DNA of 62,643 nt, filler included, from Deltaproteobacteria bacterium (GCA_030698575.1; 11 parts of 11 records of this genome joined end to end with filler, not necessarily neighbours in it); one strand, 5' to 3'. Counted from the first letter of the whole stretch, positions 36,553 to 47,550 are shown. Notes: a model not told the origin generated them from the letters alone. Numbers and translations: made by a program.

Positions 36553-36986
36553 CGGCCGAGGAAGCCGACGTCGCGAACATCAGCATGATTTTCAGTGCCG
36601 GCACAGTGACGCCCGAGGGCGTGAAGGAACACAGTGTGGAGAGCTTCATGCGTAAGAGAAACATCCTGCGGAGGCACTGCGACGAGATCGGGAGGGACTT
36701 CGCGGAGCTCAAGATCGCGAGCCAGCTCTTCACGATGGTTTCGAAGGACGAGAATCTCGTGAAGTCGGTGAGCGAGATGTCGGCGGCCCAGGTGGGGATC
36801 GACCCCGAGATCGCCCGCGCGCTGCCCAACGTGGCCATCGGCACGCCGAACCAGGTGATCGACGTGCTGGGCGAGCGAATTGAAAAGCTCGGCATCGACG
36901 TCTTCATCTGCAACTTCCTGAGCCCCGAGATCATGCAGGCATTCGCCACCGACGTCATGCCGCACCTGAACCCCGAGAAGCCCTGA
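36553..36986 (+). CDS. LLM-class flavin-dependent oxidoreductase, C-terminal fragment
   Basis: 'LRRHCDEIGRD', 'IGTPNQV' and 'FATDVMPHL' resemble LLM C-termini. Confidence 0.7.
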
Positions 36987-37010
36987 GCGAACGCAAGGGG
37001 GGAGCACGAC

Positions 37011-37880
37011 TTGGCCACGGAACGCCCTTCCGCCGAGCCCCTGCCGGGTGACTGGCTGCCTGTCAGCGGCAAGCGCGTCTATCTCGTCGAGTCGGGCCCG
37101 AAGGATCCGGGCACGCCGGCGATCGTGCTGCTGCACGGCATTCCCACTTCGTCCTACCTTTGGCGCAACGTGCAGCGCCCGCTCTCCGGGAAGTTCCGCG
37201 TGCTGGCGCCCGATCTGCTCGGCCTGGGGAAGAGCGAGCAGGGAGCGGGCCTCGACGTTTCGCTGCGGGCCAACGCGGCGATGGTGAGCGAACTGCTCCG
37301 GCTGAAGGGAATCGAACGCGCCCACGTGGTGGCGCACGACATCGGGGGCGGCGTGGCGCAGATCCTCGCCGCCGATCACCGGGAGAGGGTCGCGAAGCTC
37401 GCGGTCATGGACATCGTCGCCTTCAAGGAAGACTGGCCGGTGCCGGTCATCAAGCTTCTTAGCGCGCCGGTGCTGGGCGACATACTCGCGGTTTTCCCCT
37501 CGGGCCCCAATCTGAAATTCAACATGCGCCGCGCGATCTTCCACAAAGAGCGGCTGGCGGGCGAGGTCTGGCGCAACTACCACGTCTTCTTCAAGACCTA
37601 CGCCGGCCGCGCGGGCTTTGCCCGTTTCATACGCGCCATGGACAACGAGGACGTCGACGACGCGCTCAGGCGCTGGACGGGGCATGCGAAGAGCGATCCG
37701 ATCCCCACGCTCATTCTCTGGGGAAAGCACGACCCGTTCCTTCCGCCGGCGATCGCCGAGAAGCTCCGCGCCATCATTCCCGGCGCGTCGGTCGAGCTCA
37801 TCGAGGACGCGAGCCACTTCATCCAGGAAGACGTGCCCGACGTCATCGCCGATCGCCTGGGCGCCTTCTTCTCCACCTGA
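37011..37880 (+). CDS. Alpha/beta hydrolase (Asp nucleophile, dehalogenase/epoxide hydrolase-like)
   Basis: LLHGIPTSSYLWR, AHDIGG and ASHFIQED. Confidence 0.88.
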   Translation: MATERPSAEPLPGDWLPVSGKRVYLVESGPKDPGTPAIVLLHGIPTSSYLWRNVQRPLSGKFRVLAPDLLGLGKSEQGAGLDVSLRANAAMVSELLRLKGIERAHVVAHDIGGGVAQILAADHRERVAKLAVMDIVAFKEDWPVPVIKLLSAPVLGDILAVFPSGPNLKFNMRRAIFHKERLAGEVWRNYHVFFKTYAGRAGFARFIRAMDNEDVDDALRRWTGHAKSDPIPTLILWGKHDPFLPPAIAEKLRAIIPGASVELIEDASHFIQEDVPDVIADRLGAFFST

Positions 37881-37898
37881 ACCGCGGCAGTTCTTTTC

Positions 37899-38648
37899 AT
37901 GCGCTTCGAGAAACCCCTCTTGCCCGGCACGCTCATCCGGCGCTACAAGCGCTTTCTCGCCGACGTGCGCCTCGGCGATGGGCGCGTGGTTACCGCCCTC
38001 TGCCCCAACACCGGGAGCATGAAGACCTGCGTGCTGCCGGGAAATGAAGTGTTGCTCTCCGAGCACGACGTGCCCACGCGGAAGTACCGCTACACCTGGG
38101 AGATGATCCGCGCCGGGCGCACCTGGGTGGGCATCAACACCGGCAACCCGAACCGTGTCGTGCACGAGGCCATTCTGGCGGGAGGGGTGCCGGAGCTTGC
38201 GGGCTACGACGAGGCGCTGCGCGAGGTGCCCTTCGGGCTCGAGAACAGCCGCGTGGACATCCTGCTGCGCAAGGGCGACCGGCACTGCTACGTCGAGGTG
38301 AAGAACGTGACGCTGGCCGCCGGCGGCGGCGTGGCGGCCTTTCCCGATTCGGTGACCGAGCGTGGAGCGAAGCACCTGCGCGAGCTGGCCGCCATGGTGC
38401 GGCGCGGGCACCGCGCGGTGATCTTCTACTTTCTGGGGCGCGCCGATTGCGCGCGCGTGCGCCCGGCCGATGAGATCGATCCTGTCTACGGCCTGACCCT
38501 GCGCCGTTCGCTCGCGGCCGGGGTCGAGGCGCTGGCCTACCGGGCGGTCATCCGGCCTCATGGGATCACGCTGGGCGCCGCCGTCCCCTTCGAGGTGCCC
38601 GAGAAGCGCCCGCGTTTACCCACGCGGCGGCGCAGGAAGAAGCCATGA
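37899..38648 (+). CDS. sfsA: DNA/RNA nuclease SfsA
   Basis: RRYKRFLADV, CPNTGSM, EVKNVT and FPDSVTERG. Confidence 0.95.
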   Translation: MRFEKPLLPGTLIRRYKRFLADVRLGDGRVVTALCPNTGSMKTCVLPGNEVLLSEHDVPTRKYRYTWEMIRAGRTWVGINTGNPNRVVHEAILAGGVPELAGYDEALREVPFGLENSRVDILLRKGDRHCYVEVKNVTLAAGGGVAAFPDSVTERGAKHLRELAAMVRRGHRAVIFYFLGRADCARVRPADEIDPVYGLTLRRSLAAGVEALAYRAVIRPHGITLGAAVPFEVPEKRPRLPTRRRRKKP

Positions 38649-39577
38649 AGGCGGCGATGATCCTCGGCTGCGGCTACACGGGCAAGCGCCTGGCGCGGCT
38701 GCTCTGCGAGCAAGGGGTTCGCGTGCGCGGCACCACGCGCGATGCATCGCGCGCCGCGGCGATCAGCGAGGCCGGCGCCGAGCCGGTGATCCTCGACACG
38801 ACAAAGGTTGTTTCTCTTATAAGCTTGGCCGAGGGCATGGACGTGGTCTTCGACATGATTCCGCCGCGGCGGATCGCGCAGGGGGCCGGGTCCGGAGGCT
38901 CCGGCAAGCCAGGTGACGAAGAAAGCTTCGAGGACGATACGGCGGCCATCGTCGCGGTCTGTGCCGGCGCACGCCTCGAGAAGTTCGTCTATCTCGGCAG
39001 CACGGGGATCTACGGCGAGGTGGCGGGCGACTGGATCGACGAGCAGACGCCGGTGAACCCCGCCTCGCCCCGCGCCCGCGCGCGGCATGCCGCCGAGGAG
39101 ACGCTGCGAGCGGCCCATGCCCGAGATGGTTTCCCCGCCGTCATCGTGCGCGCCCCGGGCATCTACGGCCCCGACCGATCGCTGGCCCATCGAATCAAGC
39201 GGGGTGCCTACCGCGTGCCGGGAAAGGGTGATAACTACCTGAACCGCATTCACGTCGACGACTTGGCGCAAATACTTGCGGCCGCGGCGCTGCGCGGGAG
39301 TCCGGGCGCCGTCTATCTGGCCACCGACGATCAGCCCGAGCAGGCGCGCGTGCTGGCCGACTTCTGCGCCGGGCTGCTCGGTCTTCCGCCGCCCCCGTCC
39401 GTCGATGAGACCGAGGCGGCGCGGACCATGGGAGAGAGCAACCTGGCGATGCTCCAGGGCGACAAGCGCCTGTCGAACCGGCGCATCAAGGAGGAACTGG
39501 GTGTGACGCTTCGCTATCCGACCTATCGCGAGGGGATCCCGGCGTCGCTCGAACCGGGTGAGAGGAGCCGATCATGA
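38645..39577 (+). CDS. NAD-dependent epimerase/dehydratase (atypical SDR)
   Basis: GCGYTG, STGIYG, GIYGP and NRIHVDDLA. Confidence 0.85.
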   Translation: MKAAMILGCGYTGKRLARLLCEQGVRVRGTTRDASRAAAISEAGAEPVILDTTKVVSLISLAEGMDVVFDMIPPRRIAQGAGSGGSGKPGDEESFEDDTAAIVAVCAGARLEKFVYLGSTGIYGEVAGDWIDEQTPVNPASPRARARHAAEETLRAAHARDGFPAVIVRAPGIYGPDRSLAHRIKRGAYRVPGKGDNYLNRIHVDDLAQILAAAALRGSPGAVYLATDDQPEQARVLADFCAGLLGLPPPPSVDETEAARTMGESNLAMLQGDKRLSNRRIKEELGVTLRYPTYREGIPASLEPGERSRS

Positions 39578-40050
39578 TGTCGATCTTCACCGACCGCGCC
39601 ATCAAGAAGGGGCACCAGGAACGTCACGTGCCCGGCGGCGGGTTTGTCCGCGAAGTGGTGTTCGGCGCGAACGACGGGCTGGTGGCGGCCTTCGCGGTCG
39701 TGGCGGGCGTGCACGGCGCGCAGCTCACGAGCAAGATCATCTTGATCGCCGGCATGGCCGAGGTGGTGGGCGGAATGATCTCGATGGGGCTCGGGGCTTA
39801 TCTCTCGGTGAAGAGCGCCATCGAGTACATCCGGGGCGAACGGCTGCGCGAGGAGTACGAGGTGAGGGAGTTCCCGGAGCGCGAGCGGCGGGAGATTTAC
39901 GACATCTACAAGGAGAAGGGCTTCGAGCCGCCCATTCTCGATTCGATCGTTGATCACATCTGCGCCGACGAGAAGCGCTGGGTGAAAATCATGATGCAGG
40001 AGGAGCTGAACCTGGTCGAGGAAGAGACGCTCTCGCCTTCGAAGTCGGCG
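39574..40050 (+). CDS. VIT1/CCC1 family iron transporter, 3'-partial
   Basis: VFGANDGLV, SMGLGAYLS and MMQEEL. Confidence 0.9.
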
Positions 40051-40150
40051 NNNNNNNNNNNNNNNNNNNNNNNNNNNNNNNNNNNNNNNNNNNNTTAATT
40101 AATTAANNNNNNNNNNNNNNNNNNNNNNNNNNNNNNNNNNNNNNNNNNNN

Positions 40151-40607
40151 CCTCGTGAAAGAACTTCTCCCGCGTGTCGAAGTGCAGGGCGCATTCGATG
40201 GCAAGCACACGATCGAAGGAGCCTGCGTCGAAGTCGAGGGCGGCGGCGTCGCCCAGCCGGAGATTCACGCGCTCCGACACGCCGTTCTCACTGAGATATG
40301 CGCGCGCCTCTTCCAGCCGCACATCCGACACGTCGATCCCGACCACGCTGGCCGGCTCGTGGAGGAGCGTGTAGTGGAGCGTGGCGGCGCCGTAGCCGCA
40401 GCCCACCTCGAGCACCCGATCGCCCCGGGTCATTCCCGCTCTTTCCGCCACCGCCTCGGTCAGCGCGGCGCAGGCGTCGTCGATTTGCATGCCTTTCCGG
40501 GCCCAGAGGCCGTAATTGCCATAGGGCTTGTCACCGAACACGCCGGCGCGCTCGCCGTGCCTGGCGGTGTATTCCTGCCCGATAGCCTGGGTCTTCTCCG
40601 AGAACAT
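40151..40607 (-). CDS. Class I SAM-dependent methyltransferase, 3'-partial
   Basis: NYGLW, VLEVGCGYG and FDRVLAIECALHF. Confidence 0.88.
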
Positions 40608-40616
40608 GGCTGCTTC

Positions 40617-41615
40617 CTAATTCAAGGGATGCTTCATGAAAAATTCCCACATGAGCTGATTGGCCGAAACATCGCGGTTGATATCGCCCAGCATGAACGA
40701 AAGAGGCATGCTCTTCGCGCCCGGCCAGGTGTGACCCCCGCCTTCCAGCCGCCAGAGCACCACCTCCGAGCCGTTACGCCCACCGCCCCAGACGTAGCGC
40801 GTGGCCGATCCCTGCTTCATCTCGGAGGTCGGCGTCGGGGAGGCCCCAATGATTCGCACCCAGGTCATCACCGAATCATCCACCGAGCGGAATACGGTCT
40901 TGTCGCGCTTTCCCGGGAAGGACTTCTCGCCCTTGCCGCCGGCATAGGGTTCGTAGGGATCCTTCGTTCCGTGAAAGTGCATCAGCGAGACCGCTCGGTT
41001 GGGCTTGCAGTCGATGAAGCCGAGGGTGCCCCCCACCGGCGCGATGGCGGCAATCCGGTCCGAGAGCTCGCAGGCCAGCCGATAGCTCATCATGGCCCCG
41101 TTGGAGTAACCCGTGGAGTAAACCCGTCGCGGATCGACGCAGAAAGTCTGTTCGAGTTCGTCGAGCATCTTCACGGTGAACCCCACGTCATCGACGTTCT
41201 TCTTCATGGCCGAGCCGCAGCAGCTCCCCGCGTTGAACCCCAGAAGCCGTCTTTTCATCATCCCCGTGCCGTAGGGGTAGACCAGCAGGAATCCCTTCTG
41301 ATCGGCCATCTCCTCGAGCCCGAGCCATCCGCGGCTCCCCTGCGGGCTGCTCCCGCCGCCGTGCCAGAAAAAGATGACCGGCAACTGCCTGTCGGGGCGG
41401 TACCCCGACGGAACGTGCACGATGTAGCGGCGCTCCCTCCCTCCCTGTTCGGTCTTCCGGAGGTAGGTGCCGGGACCATACTCCGACTGCTTGCAGGACC
41501 CCGGGAGCTTCTTGATGTCCTTCAACGCGACTTCCTTTGCGTAGGCGCAGCCCGACAGGCCCGAGAGGCTCGTCGCCAGGGCGATCGCGCCCAGGGCTGT
41601 AAGCAGGTTCCGCAT
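40617..41615 (-). CDS. PHB-depolymerase/LpqC-family esterase lipoprotein
   Basis: LSGC lipobox, GYSNG nucleophile elbow, HGTKD and GGHTWP. Confidence 0.85.
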   Translation of the reverse strand: MRNLLTALGAIALATSLSGLSGCAYAKEVALKDIKKLPGSCKQSEYGPGTYLRKTEQGGRERRYIVHVPSGYRPDRQLPVIFFWHGGGSSPQGSRGWLGLEEMADQKGFLLVYPYGTGMMKRRLLGFNAGSCCGSAMKKNVDDVGFTVKMLDELEQTFCVDPRRVYSTGYSNGAMMSYRLACELSDRIAAIAPVGGTLGFIDCKPNRAVSLMHFHGTKDPYEPYAGGKGEKSFPGKRDKTVFRSVDDSVMTWVRIIGASPTPTSEMKQGSATRYVWGGGRNGSEVVLWRLEGGGHTWPGAKSMPLSFMLGDINRDVSANQLMWEFFMKHPLN

Positions 41616-41623
41616 GCCGACTC

Positions 41624-42037
41624 CTAGCGTTCAGGTTTTCCCTGGGGCGGTGCTCCGGCCAGGCCGGCGCCGGTCTTTTCGCCCTCGGGCAGATCCACTT
41701 CGAACTGATCCATGGCTTCCAGCTGTGTGAGCGTGTCTTCGAGAAGGGCCTGCATCCAGTCGGCTTTGTACTCGAGCCACTGGCGCTGACGAGCCCGTTC
41801 CTCCTTGTTGGTCGCGATCTCATGGCGCGTGTCGGAACCCTTGGCGTGCGGCGCCAGCTCCTGGAATCCCTGGATCGCCTGAAGCGCCTGCATTTGCTTC
41901 ATGAGCGCCGAGAGCCGCAGGCCCTCGAGGGACTGGCGCTGCTGCACGTGGCGTTCGTGCTCCGACTTTTCGCGCCGCTTGATGAGGCGCTGAAAAACGG
42001 ATCGGCGGTCGCTGGAGTCGGGTTTTCCGTTGTTCAT
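41624..42037 (-). CDS. Hypothetical helical/coiled-coil protein (137 aa)
   Basis: ATG preceded by GGAGAAGAG, co-oriented and tightly packed in the operon. Confidence 0.65.
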   Translation of the reverse strand: MNNGKPDSSDRRSVFQRLIKRREKSEHERHVQQRQSLEGLRLSALMKQMQALQAIQGFQELAPHAKGSDTRHEIATNKEERARQRQWLEYKADWMQALLEDTLTQLEAMDQFEVDLPEGEKTGAGLAGAPPQGKPER

Positions 42038-42047
42038 CTCTTCTCCG

Positions 42048-43157
42048 TCAGTGGAACCAGCTCGCAGAGCCGTTGCTGGTCCCGCTCCCTTCGGGGGATC
42101 CGGGCGTGATCGCCAGGGCGCGCCCGAAGGAGGCCAGGGCTTCCTCCTCGCTTCCGTCCTCCGCCTGGAGATGGCCGAGCGCGGTGTGCGCCTCGCCGAG
42201 GAGCGGATCCATGCGCAAGGCCTCTCTGTAATTCGTTTCCGCTTCGAGCTTCTGGCCGAGCCGGTGGTAGGCGCGGCCGAGCTGGTACCGTATCCGCGCA
42301 CTGCCGGGCGCGTGCTTCAGCGCCTGCTGGAGCGCGTGGATCGCTTCCAGCGGACGGTTCTTTTCGAGAAGGATCATCCCCCTTAGCGCGACCGCGCCCG
42401 GAAAGCCCGGCTGAATCCGGAGCGCCTCATCGCAACTCACCAGCGCCTCGTCGAGGCGCGATTGCTCGAGCAGGTTCGCCGATCGCGCGAGGGGAGCGAC
42501 GATCTCGACCGGATTCAGCGCGACCGCCTGGTCGAAGGCCTTCCCCGCCTCCTCGAAAAGCTCCATGGCCATCAGGCAGCTTCCGATCAGGTAGTGGCCG
42601 CGTGGAAGGTGCGGGTTCAGCGCGCTGGCCTTGCGGGCGGACTCGAGGGCGGCCTCCGTATCCCCCTGGCCCAGATCGATCTCCGCAATGAGAAGATGGC
42701 CTGCGAGAAGGTCGGGCTTCTCCTCGAGCGCCTTCGCAAGTTCGTCGCGCGCTTCTTCCATTCGGCCGAGTTCCTTGTAGATCTGCGCCAGGCTGATCCG
42801 CGCCTCGGTGTAGGTCGGGCGCAGAGCCAGAGCCTCCCGGTAGCCGGTGATAGCCTGCGCGGGGAGCCCCTTCCGGTGATAGATGTGCGCCCGGAGGAAA
42901 CGCGTGTCGGCGTGTCGTGGATTAGATTCCGTCGCCTTGTTGCATTCCTCCAGCGCCTCGTCGAAGTTCCCCTGAACAATGCATATGCGGGCCAGCATGC
43001 TATGGCCGATCGGCGAGCGCGGGTCCATCTCGAGCACCTTTCGCGCTTCGACCGCAGCCTCGTCGTAGCGCCGGTTCTCGAACAGCACCTGGCTTGTCCT
43101 CACGCGGGCGGAAACCCCGTCGCTCACTCCCGTGCTTTGGGGCACCCATCGGTTCAT
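42048..43157 (-). CDS. Tetratricopeptide repeat protein
   Basis: Multiple 34-aa TPR-like units. Confidence 0.88.
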   Translation of the reverse strand: MNRWVPQSTGVSDGVSARVRTSQVLFENRRYDEAAVEARKVLEMDPRSPIGHSMLARICIVQGNFDEALEECNKATESNPRHADTRFLRAHIYHRKGLPAQAITGYREALALRPTYTEARISLAQIYKELGRMEEARDELAKALEEKPDLLAGHLLIAEIDLGQGDTEAALESARKASALNPHLPRGHYLIGSCLMAMELFEEAGKAFDQAVALNPVEIVAPLARSANLLEQSRLDEALVSCDEALRIQPGFPGAVALRGMILLEKNRPLEAIHALQQALKHAPGSARIRYQLGRAYHRLGQKLEAETNYREALRMDPLLGEAHTALGHLQAEDGSEEEALASFGRALAITPGSPEGSGTSNGSASWFH

Positions 43158-43966
43158 CTTTTTGCCTCATCCACGCCGTCCTTCGCGTCCACGGCTTTCT
43201 TCTTCCGCCGGCGGGTCTTGAATGGCATGACCACCACGTTCTGGAGGATGGTGTCCGGCGGCAGCGTCAACATGTAGCCGATGAGATTGGCGATGCGTTC
43301 CGGCGGCAGCGCGAACTCGGGAGCGCCGATCGGGCCGTTTTGCTCCCAGAGGTTCGTGGCCACCGCGCCGGGACAGACCACCATCACCTTGATTCCGAAC
43401 GGGCGAACTTCCTCTGCAAGAGATTCAGAGTGACCGATCACGCCGAACTTCGAGGCGCTGTAGGCTGATTCGAACGCCTCCGCCTTCCGCCCCAGGGTGG
43501 AGGAAATGTTGATGATCTGTCCTCCCCGCTGGCGAATCATGGGGTTGACCACGGCGCGGTTCGCGAGAAAGGTCCCGCGGAGATTGGTCTCGATGACCGC
43601 ATCCCATTCTTCGGTTGAAAGCTCGGCCATGACCTTCGGCCTGCCGCCCTTGGGATGGAGAATGCCGGCGCTGTGCACGAGGATGTCGATGCGCCCGAAC
43701 TTCTCCAGCGTCCGGGCGGCCATCGCCTCCATGTCGTCCTCGCGACGGACGTTCAGGGCCAGCGCGAGGCTTTCGCCCCCGTGTTCCGCCTCGATGAGCT
43801 TGGCGGTGTCCTCCGTGCGCTCGGCGTCGACGTCCACGACCGCGACCCTGGCGCCTTCCCCCGCGAGCCAGAGACAGGTGGCGCGGCCGATCCCGCTCCC
43901 GCCGCCCGTCACGATCGCGACGACGTTCTCGAGCCGCCGCTGCCCTGCACCGGTATTCCCCTGCAT
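43154..43966 (-). CDS. Short-chain dehydrogenase/reductase
   Basis: TGGGSGIG and YSASK. Confidence 0.92.
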   Translation of the reverse strand: MQGNTGAGQRRLENVVAIVTGGGSGIGRATCLWLAGEGARVAVVDVDAERTEDTAKLIEAEHGGESLALALNVRREDDMEAMAARTLEKFGRIDILVHSAGILHPKGGRPKVMAELSTEEWDAVIETNLRGTFLANRAVVNPMIRQRGGQIINISSTLGRKAEAFESAYSASKFGVIGHSESLAEEVRPFGIKVMVVCPGAVATNLWEQNGPIGAPEFALPPERIANLIGYMLTLPPDTILQNVVVMPFKTRRRKKKAVDAKDGVDEAKR

Positions 43967-44009
43967 CGCGTCTCCTTCTCGCGCGGCTATGCCGCGCGCA
44001 TTCACGGCT

Positions 44010-44371
44010 TCAGACCGAAAATCCCGTTCCCCGGCCCGGCTTCTCCCAGGTTCCAAAGGGCTCGATCATCGGGTTCACGAGCAGCATGTCTCGCGGGCAG
44101 GCCACCATCTCGACGATGAGGGCGCCCGTTTGCGCGCTCGTCAAAGCCCCGAAGACCGCCAGGTTCGACTTCCGGAGCATGGGCGTGTCGACGGCGTCGG
44201 GAACCATGACTTGCACCCGGATCCCCTGTGGACGCACTTCCTCGGCCAGGGCCTGTGAAAGGCCCATCACGCCGAACTTCGAGGCGCAGTAGACGGAGGC
44301 GAAGGCCCACCCCGTCGTCGTCCCCAGCGAGGACGACACGTTCACGATCTCTCCCTCTCCCTGTCGAATCA
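44010..44371 (-). CDS. Short-chain dehydrogenase/reductase, 5'-partial
   Basis: NVSS and YCASK. Confidence 0.85.
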
Positions 44372-44471
44372 NNNNNNNNNNNNNNNNNNNNNNNNNNNNN
44401 NNNNNNNNNNNNNNNTTAATTAATTAANNNNNNNNNNNNNNNNNNNNNNNNNNNNNNNNNNNNNNNNNNNN

Positions 44472-44998
44472 GCCAGCACGTAGCAGAGCAGCGCGCCTGC
44501 CAGGGCAACCGGGCGCCCTGCGGCTTCCGGTTCGGCGCGCCACTTCCGCCATCGCGCATGGAGGAGAAGCGCCAGGAGCGAGAAGAGGGCGGCAAGGAGA
44601 TCGGTCCGGCCCGAGATGTAGGTCACCGCCTCGGTCTGGATTGGGTGCAGCGCGAAGAGCAGGGCGCCTGCGGTTGCCGGAACGCGGGGGGCGCCCAGCC
44701 GGAGGGCGGCGAGGAGGAGCAAGCAGGCGACCGCCGCGTGAAGGGCGACGTTCGAGAGCCGCATGGCTCCCGTACCACTGCCAAGCCATGCGCGCTCGAT
44801 CGCAAACGTGCCGAAGACGACCGGGCGGTGGTAGCTTCCCGTAGGGCGCGCGCCAATCTCGGCCCAGCGGGCTTCCTCGACAACGGGGTTGTCGAAGATG
44901 TAGATCCGATCGTCCCACACAGGCGCGTGCCCGAGCGCCGAGGCGAAGGCCAGGAAGGTGAGCAACACGATAGCGATGAACGGCGCCGGTCCGCGCAT
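44472..44998 (-). CDS. TMTC-like GT-C membrane glycosyltransferase, 3'-partial
   Basis: WDD..I..N, RP and LFALHPIQTEAVTYISGR. Confidence 0.75.
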
Positions 44999-45058
44999 GG
45001 GGCAGTTATACCAGAGGCTCAAATAAAGGGGTCTGACCCCACTGTTTCAGGAGGCGGG

Positions 45059-46420
45059 ATGGCGGAGGGAGCGGAGGGGAAGCGGCCGCTGCTCGAGCGG
45101 CTGGCGCTGCACAGGCCGGAGCTGCGAGCCTGGGCGATGTACGACTGGGCGAACTCGGCCATGGTCACAACGGTTGTGGCCGCGGTCTTTCCCATCTACT
45201 TCAACAACGTCGCCGCCGCCGGACTGCCCGAGGGCGTACCGACCCAGCGCTTCGCCCTGGCCACGGCGCTGAGCCTCGCGATCGTCGCGATCATCTGCCC
45301 CGTTCTGGGCGCCGTCGCCGACTTCACGGCCGCCAAGAAGCGCTTCCTGGGCGCTTTCCTCGGCGTGGGCGTGCTTGCCACGGCCGCCATGTTCTTCATC
45401 CAGCGCGGCGACTGGCTTCTCGCACTGGCGCTTTTCGTCCTCGCCAACATCGGCGCCTCGGGCTCCTTCGTCTTCTACGACTCGCTCCTGCCCCACGTCG
45501 CGCGGCCGCAGGAAATGGACCGGCTCTCAACTTCCGGATACGCGCTCGGCTACCTCGGCGGCGGCCTGCTTCTCACGCTGAATCTCGCCTGGATCCTTCA
45601 GCCGGGCTGGTTCGGGCTCCCCTCGGGCGAAAACCTCACCGACGCGCAGGCAACGCTCCCGGCACGCCTCGCCCTGCTATCCGTCGCGGCCTGGTGGCTC
45701 CTCTTCTCCATTCCGCTCTTCCGCCGCGTTCCCGAACCGGCGCGGCGGCTCGAATCCGACGAGCAGCCGGACATGCGGAGCGCGCGCGTGGCGTTCACGC
45801 GCGTTGGCGAGACGCTGCGCGAGTTGCGCGGCTACCGCCAGGCCTTCCTGATGCTCCTCGCATTTCTCATCTACAACGACGGCATCGGCACCATAATTCG
45901 GATGGCAACCATCTATGGCGCCGAGATCGGCATCGGGCAGAACGCTCTCATCGCCGCGATCGTCCTGGTGCAGTTCGTCGGCATCCCCTTCGCCATTTTC
46001 TTCGGGTCGCTCGCGGGGCGCATCGGACCGAAGCACGCCATCTTCCTGGCGCTTCTCGTCTACGTGGGGATCAGCGTGCTCGGCTACTTCATGCGAACCG
46101 CGGCGCACTTTTTTCTGCTCGCCTTCCTGGTCGCCATGGTGCAGGGCGGGAGCCAGGCGCTAAGCCGGTCGCTCTTCGCGAGCATGATTCCCAGGCACAA
46201 GTCGGCCGAGTTCTTCTCCTTCTTCGCCATCGCTGAAAAGTTCGCGGGGATGTTCGGCCCGATCATCTTCGCCGCCGTCATCGCGGTGACCGGATCGAGC
46301 CGCAACGCGGTGGCGAGCGTGATCGCGTTCTTTGTCGTCGGCGGGCTGATTCTGCGAAAGGTGAACGTGGAAGAAGGGCGCCGCGCCGCGGAGGCCGCCG
46401 ACGCAGCGACGCACCCCTAG
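45059..46420 (+). CDS. MFS transporter, UMF1/Atg22-like
   Basis: AWAMYDWANS, FYDSLL and GGSQALSRS. Confidence 0.9.
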   Translation: MAEGAEGKRPLLERLALHRPELRAWAMYDWANSAMVTTVVAAVFPIYFNNVAAAGLPEGVPTQRFALATALSLAIVAIICPVLGAVADFTAAKKRFLGAFLGVGVLATAAMFFIQRGDWLLALALFVLANIGASGSFVFYDSLLPHVARPQEMDRLSTSGYALGYLGGGLLLTLNLAWILQPGWFGLPSGENLTDAQATLPARLALLSVAAWWLLFSIPLFRRVPEPARRLESDEQPDMRSARVAFTRVGETLRELRGYRQAFLMLLAFLIYNDGIGTIIRMATIYGAEIGIGQNALIAAIVLVQFVGIPFAIFFGSLAGRIGPKHAIFLALLVYVGISVLGYFMRTAAHFFLLAFLVAMVQGGSQALSRSLFASMIPRHKSAEFFSFFAIAEKFAGMFGPIIFAAVIAVTGSSRNAVASVIAFFVVGGLILRKVNVEEGRRAAEAADAATHP

Positions 46421-46460
46421 GCGGGAGCGGCGCATGTCACGGCGCTCACATGGTGCCGCG

Positions 46461-46575
46461 CATGTCATTGCGAGGAGCGAAGCGACGAAGCAATCCCCTC
46501 CGCAGCTGCCGGGGGATTGCTTCGTCGGGCCTGTGACCCTCCTCGCAATGACATGCGGGCGCAATGACATGCGCG
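46461..46575. repeat. Palindromic extragenic repeat (second copy, plus a duplicated end)
   Basis: Matches 25750-25837, with an extra GCAATGACATGCG at 46561. Confidence 0.85.
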
Positions 46576-46612
46576 TGGCGAAGGGATCACAGAGGCGGCT
46601 GGTCGAACGATT

Positions 46613-47350
46613 TTAGAGCCGAATGATGAGGCCGTCGTCGGCGGTCTCGAAGCTGCACTTGCCGCGGCGGTCGGTCATCTCGGTTCCGAGGTGGGTCAGA
46701 ATGATGCGGTCGCAGTCGAACTCCGGCTTGTGCTTCTCGAGCTGGAGGAGATTCAGGTGATAGGGGAAATTCCCCTCGTACTGCGTGCATTCGGTGATGA
46801 AAAGATCGGCGCCCTTCACGCGGGCAGGCAGCTTCTCGAACCAGCCCGTGTCGCCAGAGTAGGCGATGCGGTGCTCTCCGGTGTCGATCATCACGCCGTG
46901 GGGCTTCGTCTCGACCTGGTGGAAGGCCTCGAAGGCGCGGGCGCCAAAGGGCCCACCCTCGACCTCCTTGCCTGCAGCCAACTCCTCGTAGCGGATCTCG
47001 AAGGGCCACGGACTGTCGTCCATCGGATGGCCGAGCGCCCGCGACGCGGCCTCGATGTGCTCGCGCACGCCCGCGGGCCCGGCGATGACGATGGGCCGCG
47101 TTCGCAAGTCGGCATACTTGGCCGCGAGCAGGAAGAGCGGCACGCCGCCGAAGTGATCGCCGTGATAGTGGGTGATGAAGATGCTGTCGACCTGGTCGCG
47201 TGGAACACCGAGACTGGCCAGCCCGGTGAGAGTCGAAGGACCGCAATCGAGGAGCGCTGCACCTCTGGCAGACCGCACGAGAATGGCGGGCTGTCGCCGG
47301 CCCCCAGCACCGAAGGCGTCGCTGGTTCCGACGAAGATGACCTCGCTCAT
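46613..47350 (-). CDS. MBL-fold metallo-hydrolase (RNase Z-like)
   Basis: THYHGDH, YSGDT and LTH. Confidence 0.88.
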   Translation of the reverse strand: MSEVIFVGTSDAFGAGGRRQPAILVRSARGAALLDCGPSTLTGLASLGVPRDQVDSIFITHYHGDHFGGVPLFLLAAKYADLRTRPIVIAGPAGVREHIEAASRALGHPMDDSPWPFEIRYEELAAGKEVEGGPFGARAFEAFHQVETKPHGVMIDTGEHRIAYSGDTGWFEKLPARVKGADLFITECTQYEGNFPYHLNLLQLEKHKPEFDCDRIILTHLGTEMTDRRGKCSFETADDGLIIRL

Positions 47351-47550
47351 GAATCCTCCGTGCGGCGGCGGGGGGCAAGCGAGCCAGGGGGCAGTTTGCA
47401 GTCTGCGTCGCCCGAGCGCAAGCCCGCACGCGAATCAGGGGAACAAAGGACTTTGTGATTATCGGCGCAATGCGCCACGGCTTGAACAACGGCGCCACGG
47501 GCGGAGCCGTGAAGTCGAAGGGGGCGTGGACGCGAAGCGGGCGGGCTGGG

